Shown here: positions 58,724-64,000 of the stretch, in pieces
Layout: each line of letters starts with the position of its first letter
Position numbering within the stretch: position 1 is the first letter of the stretch
Origin: Gloeobacterales cyanobacterium
GTDB lineage: Bacteria > Cyanobacteriota > Cyanobacteriia > Gloeobacterales > PMM-0068
Assembly (NCBI GenBank): GCA_038245785.1
Contig: JBBRSB010000001.1
Span: 320,001 to 384,000, forward strand
Reading direction: 5' to 3'
DNA: 64,000 nt
Translations under genes and position numbers: made by a program
Notes under the pieces: generated by a model
What the model was told of the DNA's origin: nothing
Databases searched by the model: none
Seen by the model: the letters and a program-made list of their open reading frames with translations, nothing else

Positions 58724-59440
58724 ATGAGCTATGAGTTACAAGAATCTGCCATCTCTATCCAAAATATAAACTACTACTATGGTCAGGGACACCTGCGCAA
58801 ACAGGTTTTATTTGATGTCAGCCTAGAAGTGCAAGCAGGCGAGATCGTGATCATGACTGGCCCGTCTGGCTCAGGAAAAACCACCCTCTTAAGTCTGATT
58901 GGATGTCTACGGGCATCGCAAGAAGGCAGTCTCAGGATTTTGGGTCAAGAGCTACGGGATGCCGCTCAAGAACAACTGGTAGAATCTCGACGAAAACTAG
59001 GCTATATCTTCCAAACGCATAATTTATTGAAGTTTCTGACGGCACAGGAAAATGTGCAAATGCCTCTAGAACTCCATGATCTTGCCTTCGAAAAAGCACA
59101 GGCAAAAGCCAAAAAGATGCTGCTCGAAGTTGGCCTAGAGGAACGGGCCGATTACTATCCAGAGAATCTTTCTGGTGGGCAAAAGCAACGCGTTGCCATC
59201 GCCCGTGCTCTGGTCACCAATCCTAAAATTGTGCTTGCTGACGAACCAACGGCGTCACTCGATAAGCAGTCTGGTCGCGATGTGGTGGAATTAATGCAGA
59301 AGCTAGCGAAAGAACAGGGCTGCACCATTCTGCTCGTAACTCATGACAACCGCATTCTCGATATTGCCGACCGAATTGTTCATATGGAAGACGGGCGATT
59401 GGTAACGGATGCTGTTTTGGATTTTTCGAAATCAAATTAA
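58724..59440 (+). CDS. devA: DevA-like ABC ATPase
   Basis: GPSGSGKTT, LSGGQKQRVAIARA, VTHDNRILD. Confidence 0.93.
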   Translation: MSYELQESAISIQNINYYYGQGHLRKQVLFDVSLEVQAGEIVIMTGPSGSGKTTLLSLIGCLRASQEGSLRILGQELRDAAQEQLVESRRKLGYIFQTHNLLKFLTAQENVQMPLELHDLAFEKAQAKAKKMLLEVGLEERADYYPENLSGGQKQRVAIARALVTNPKIVLADEPTASLDKQSGRDVVELMQKLAKEQGCTILLVTHDNRILDIADRIVHMEDGRLVTDAVLDFSKSN

Positions 59441-59462
59441 GGTTTAGAGGAGAAGCGTTACT

Positions 59463-59918
59463 ATGTATCACTCCATTGTTAGAAGGATTGTGCGTCAAGG
59501 CTTCCAGCACCTCAGTTCAGGAGAGAGTGAAGCTGTCCTCAAATCATTCGCGCCTGACGTTACTTTTTGCTTTTTAGGAAATCATGCCTTGGGTGGTGAA
59601 CAGCATGGTGTCCCTGCCGTACGGGAATATTTCAAGCACATCTACCGTCTGTTTCCTGGCATTCAGATCGAGTCACAGGCAATCATGGTGCATGGGTGGC
59701 CGTGGGACACCATTGTGACCACGCGCTTTGTCGTTCGTGCCCCCTTGCCCGATGGCCGCACCTATACCAATGAGGGAATGCAGTTTATGCGCTTGCGCTG
59801 GGGCCGCGCTGTTGAGGATTACCTCTACGAGGATACACACAAGCTTATAGAAGCACTGCAATACCTCGCTCAACAGGGAGTAAATGAGGCGCTTGCAGCA
59901 CCGTTAGCTGTAAAGTGA
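59463..59918 (+). CDS. SnoaL/NTF2-like protein
   Basis: FAPDVTF, HALGG, GWPW.T, LRWGR..ED..YEDT. Confidence 0.85.
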   Translation: MYHSIVRRIVRQGFQHLSSGESEAVLKSFAPDVTFCFLGNHALGGEQHGVPAVREYFKHIYRLFPGIQIESQAIMVHGWPWDTIVTTRFVVRAPLPDGRTYTNEGMQFMRLRWGRAVEDYLYEDTHKLIEALQYLAQQGVNEALAAPLAVK

Positions 59919-60117
59919 CATGCTCTACATCCCTTTGGGCTTTTTGTCTGGAACTTCTATATGTTGCGACCTGCAATAATAAACAGACGTGGCCAGCTGT
60001 TGCAACGGATCAATCCACTAGCCCTAAAGACAATCGCGCTGAGGGGTGATATCGCATTCAGGTGGCGTTGAAAGCCATATGTTAGGATTAAGCGTATCTG
60101 TGGCCAGTAAAGGATAT

Positions 60118-60741
60118 ATGCCGACGCTGATCGCTACCGAACTAACCCTTGCTCAACTTCGCGATCGCTTTGGCATTGTCCGATCCAGCGAGGCTAATTT
60201 CTTCGGGGAATGGTTCGCCCCCTACACAGAAATTACAGAAGCCGAACAGACAGCCCTTGATCGAGTGCAGCAAAACTACCTCAGCCAACTCGAGGTTCAA
60301 TCACTCAATGAAGAAACAGTCAAAATGGTTGTGGTCTCCCCGCTGCTAGACATTGCTGGACTTTATCGCTATCCCTTCACGATCGACTCAGAAGTCAGTA
60401 TCGAAATTCAAGAAACTGATGAAAATGGTGTTGCATTAGTTGGACGAATCGATACGTTGATCGTAAAAAAACAATTATGGATTTTGGTGGTTGAATCAAA
60501 ACGGTCTCGCTTCTCGGTGCAGGCAGCCGTTCCCCAGGCACTTGCCTATTTGCTAGCCAAACCACAAACCACCCAACCTGGCTACGCTTTAATCACCAAC
60601 GGTGGCGAATTTTTGTTCATTAAGCTGCTTGGCCAAGAATCCCCAAGCTATGATTTCTCCGATACCTTTTCACTGTTAAATCGTGGCAATGATTTGTTCA
60701 AAGTTCTATGCGTTTTGAAACGAATCGCCGTAGCACTATAA
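60118..60741 (+). CDS. Stand-alone HsdR-N-like PD-(D/E)xK nuclease-fold protein
   Basis: EETVKMVVVSPLL, GRIDTLI, VVESKR, PQALAY, TNGGEFLFIKL. Confidence 0.8.
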   Translation: MPTLIATELTLAQLRDRFGIVRSSEANFFGEWFAPYTEITEAEQTALDRVQQNYLSQLEVQSLNEETVKMVVVSPLLDIAGLYRYPFTIDSEVSIEIQETDENGVALVGRIDTLIVKKQLWILVVESKRSRFSVQAAVPQALAYLLAKPQTTQPGYALITNGGEFLFIKLLGQESPSYDFSDTFSLLNRGNDLFKVLCVLKRIAVAL

Positions 60742-61635
60742 CCCAATATTCACAGGCCATACATACTTTTCGCTCTTTCCCCCAGCCCAAGAACGTGCAA
60801 CAACTTTCCGGCTGCTCCGAGTGAGTTGAGCCAGGCAGCATGGCACCAATGGCAGGGCCGTAGTTTAGAGGGGCGCAGCCGCATAGAAGAGCAGAGCCTT
60901 TTGGGTTCCGTAACCAACACGCTATGGAGCACTCATAAAAGTCATAACAAAAGTAGTCACAAGTCAGTCAATCTCAGTCTTTAACTCAGTCATCAGTAAG
61001 TTTTACTGAATAGGTACGGGTTGGTCAACTGACTGGAGCGATTAAGGAGAATAACTTACCCTATCCGTCACCACCATTATCAGACGGTGGGTTTGAAAAT
61101 GACGGGAACTTTCAAGATGGTTTCCCCCTAGATGGCTATCCATCTCCACCGTTATCGGAGGGTATGGATTTGGGATTTGTGGTTGACAATGAACTATACC
61201 AAGAGTTGTATGACAGCGACCCATTAGAAGGGTTATCGAGCTTGGAAGAAGATAGCTTTGAGAAGGTGCCAGTTATCACGCCAATCCATCAGAGTCATCG
61301 GAGGATATGGGAAGTGCTGGTTCTGGTCCCTACACCTGGGAGATAAACGACTCTACATCTGAGAGCGAGGGGGAAGTATAGAGCGATCGCCAAGCTTGCG
61401 GTTCGGTAATGGTTGAACGGTACGGAGGCGATCGTCTGAGTTGAGGGGCGATGCTCTGACAGGGATGCTATGCGTTCGCGGGTAAGATTCAGAGGGGTAA
61501 TCTCGTCCGGTTTGCCGATGCGATCGCGCTTTTTCAAGACATGACAGTTGGCTGCATGGAGAATTCCTTGTACAATTACTCAGCTTAGTTGTTAGTGTTG
61601 GGTTCGCTTAACCCGATAAAGATCATTGAATAAAA

Positions 61636-61911
61636 ATGCGATTTGACTGGAATGACGACAAAAGCAACCTTCTCAAACAGAATCGAGGCTACTCCCTTGA
61701 AGAAGTTGCTGCCATCTTAGCTGGCGAATATGTAGAGCGGGTGAAACGAGATGACCCAGAACAATTTATTGCGATCGGCTATCTGGGGAATACTCTGTTA
61801 TCGGTCATATATGAAGTTCGCTATGATGATGAAGGGGAATACGTCTGGTTAATTACTTACTGGCAAAGTACGAGAAGAGAGAGAGAAATCTATGAGCAAT
61901 ATCTCTACTGA
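61636..61911 (+). CDS. brnT: BrnT family toxin
   Basis: MRFDWNDDKS, IAIG, IT...TRREREIYE. Confidence 0.85.
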   Translation: MRFDWNDDKSNLLKQNRGYSLEEVAAILAGEYVERVKRDDPEQFIAIGYLGNTLLSVIYEVRYDDEGEYVWLITYWQSTRREREIYEQYLY

Positions 61912-62176
61912 AGAACTCGAACAGAAAATTGAGGCAGGGGAAGAAGTCGTTGATCGCTATTTTGACGCTACGGCCACAAGAGTCGGCACGCCTCGTCAAA
62001 TGACTTCGCGCAGACGACAGGATTTAGTGACAACAAACCTGGAAATGCCTCGCCCGATGCTAAACGAACTCGATCAATTGGCTGATGAACTCAACATAAG
62101 TTCTCAAGCCGTGATTAAAATGATGCTGAGGCGTGCTCTTGATGAACACTATCTTGCCAAGAAATCAGTCTCATAG
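61892..62176 (+). CDS. brnA: BrnA/CopG-type antitoxin
   Basis: EELEQKIEAGEEVVDRYFD, LDQLADELNISSQAVIKMML; overlaps the toxin. Confidence 0.82.
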   Translation: MSNISTEELEQKIEAGEEVVDRYFDATATRVGTPRQMTSRRRQDLVTTNLEMPRPMLNELDQLADELNISSQAVIKMMLRRALDEHYLAKKSVS

Positions 62177-62227
62177 CGTCTAGCGCTGCCAGCACAAGTA
62201 AATCTTTTAGATTTCTGTGTCAGACTT

Positions 62228-62818
62228 CTAAATCTCTCTCCGCCCTTCTAGCGCACGGGCCAAAGTAACTTCATCGGCATATTCTAAATCTGCACCCATC
62301 GGTAAACCAAAGGCAATGCGGGTGACGCGGGTGAAGGGCTTGAGCAGTTTACCAACGTAGAGCGTGGTGGTTTCCCCTTCGACGCTGGGATTAATCGCCA
62401 GAATTACTTCCTGAATTTCATCGCTGCTAACCCGTTGAATCAGTTCTTTGATATGCAGCTGTTCGGGACCAATGCCATCCATCGGAGAAATCAGTCCCCC
62501 AAGGATGTGGTAGTAGCCTCGATATTCACGAGTTTTTTCTAGAGCCACTAAATCTCTAGGTTCAGCGATTACGCAGAGGGAGGCTAGATCTCGATTCGTA
62601 TTGCTACAGAGCTCACAGATTGGGTCTACCGACAGGTTGAAACAGCGGGTGCAGGTTCCGACCTGTTCGGTGCAGTCAATCAAAGCTTGAGCAAGTTGTT
62701 GAACTTCTTGCTTGGGTCGTTTTAGGGCATGGAAAGCCAGCCGTTGAGCAGTTTTAGGGCCAATGCCAGGAAGGCGCTGAAACTGCTCAATCAAGCGAGC
62801 AAGAGGGCGAGTATACAT
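62228..62818 (-). CDS. recR: Recombination protein RecR
   Basis: [13 protein letters not shown]4 zinc finger, YHILGG, EGETT. Confidence 0.98.
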   Translation of the reverse strand: MYTRPLARLIEQFQRLPGIGPKTAQRLAFHALKRPKQEVQQLAQALIDCTEQVGTCTRCFNLSVDPICELCSNTNRDLASLCVIAEPRDLVALEKTREYRGYYHILGGLISPMDGIGPEQLHIKELIQRVSSDEIQEVILAINPSVEGETTTLYVGKLLKPFTRVTRIAFGLPMGADLEYADEVTLARALEGRREI

Positions 62819-62854
62819 GAGGTTGGCCCAAAATGGGCGGTTTTAGAACAAGCC

Positions 62855-63175
62855 TTAGAACAAACCAGGAATGCTCAGACCGCCCGTGAGTTCTGACATT
62901 TTGGTTTTCATCAGGTCAGCCGATTTATTGTAGGCATCCTTGAATGCAGAAAGAACGAGGTCTTCTACAAATTCTGGGGACTCTTTGAGGGCATCGGGTT
63001 TGATGACAAGGCTCAGAGGCTCTTGGTTGCCACTCATAGTCACGGTAACCAAACCACCGCCACTGCTGCCTTCCACCACGGCTTCAGCCAATTCATCTTG
63101 GACCCTGGCTGCATTCGCTTGAACTTGCTTTGCCTTTTTGAGGGCCTCTGAAAGCTGGCCAAATCCTTTAGTCAT
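62855..63175 (-). CDS. ybaB: YbaB/EbfC nucleoid-associated protein
   Basis: EGSSGGGLVTVTMSGNQEP, EDLVLSA; upstream of recR. Confidence 0.95.
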   Translation of the reverse strand: MTKGFGQLSEALKKAKQVQANAARVQDELAEAVVEGSSGGGLVTVTMSGNQEPLSLVIKPDALKESPEFVEDLVLSAFKDAYNKSADLMKTKMSELTGGLSIPGLF

Positions 63176-63277
63176 GAGAAATTATCCTTTGCAACAGGGG
63201 TACATCACTCCATTTTACCCACTGGGCCGTCCATTTCTTAGCGGGGCTTGCGAACCGCAATCCCCAGCATCCGGTAA

Positions 63278-64000
<723 letters not shown>

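Noticed and set aside
56308..59440. Heterocyst glycolipid exporter
   Set aside because: DevBCA paralogues are common in unicellular cyanobacteria; the PadR and SnoaL context suggests general efflux.
60118..60741. Type I restriction-modification system
   Set aside because: It is only a stand-alone HsdR-N-like domain; no helicase, hsdM or hsdS is nearby.

Overview
A 64 kb chromosomal window (roughly 50% GC by eye) from a cyanobacterium. It most likely belongs to the thylakoid-less Gloeobacterales; this is inferred from a very divergent psaF/psaJ, an archaeal-like group III chaperonin and the near-absence of HIP1 octamers. The housekeeping backbone comprises grxD, bamA-lpxC-fabZ-lpxA-lpxB, pepP, leuC, prmC-rnc, tyrA, an nblB-like HEAT protein, the sbp-cysTWA sulfate ABC transporter, psaF-psaJ, HU, mrdA, pheS, a DAHP synthase, hisS, a devBCA-like exporter, recR-ybaB and a partial ilvC. 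Small accessory patches between these genes carry five toxin-antitoxin-like modules, several deletion-eroded pseudogenes (yafY-VOC, acr3/arsC, ipdC-like, rpn-like) and REP-like palindromes. Two items stand out. (1) A 314-aa photosystem I PsaF carries an extra exported two-Cys domain and a Pro/Ala-rich tether in front of the PsaF core, and is followed by an unannotated, highly diverged 36-aa psaJ. (2) An AT-rich four-gene cassette (RHH, atypical GNAT, acidic protein, coiled-coil/wHTH protein) has a triple ATATATA candidate operator. I recognised no rRNA, tRNA, CRISPR array or intact transposase. All family assignments come from motif recognition by eye; no searches were run.
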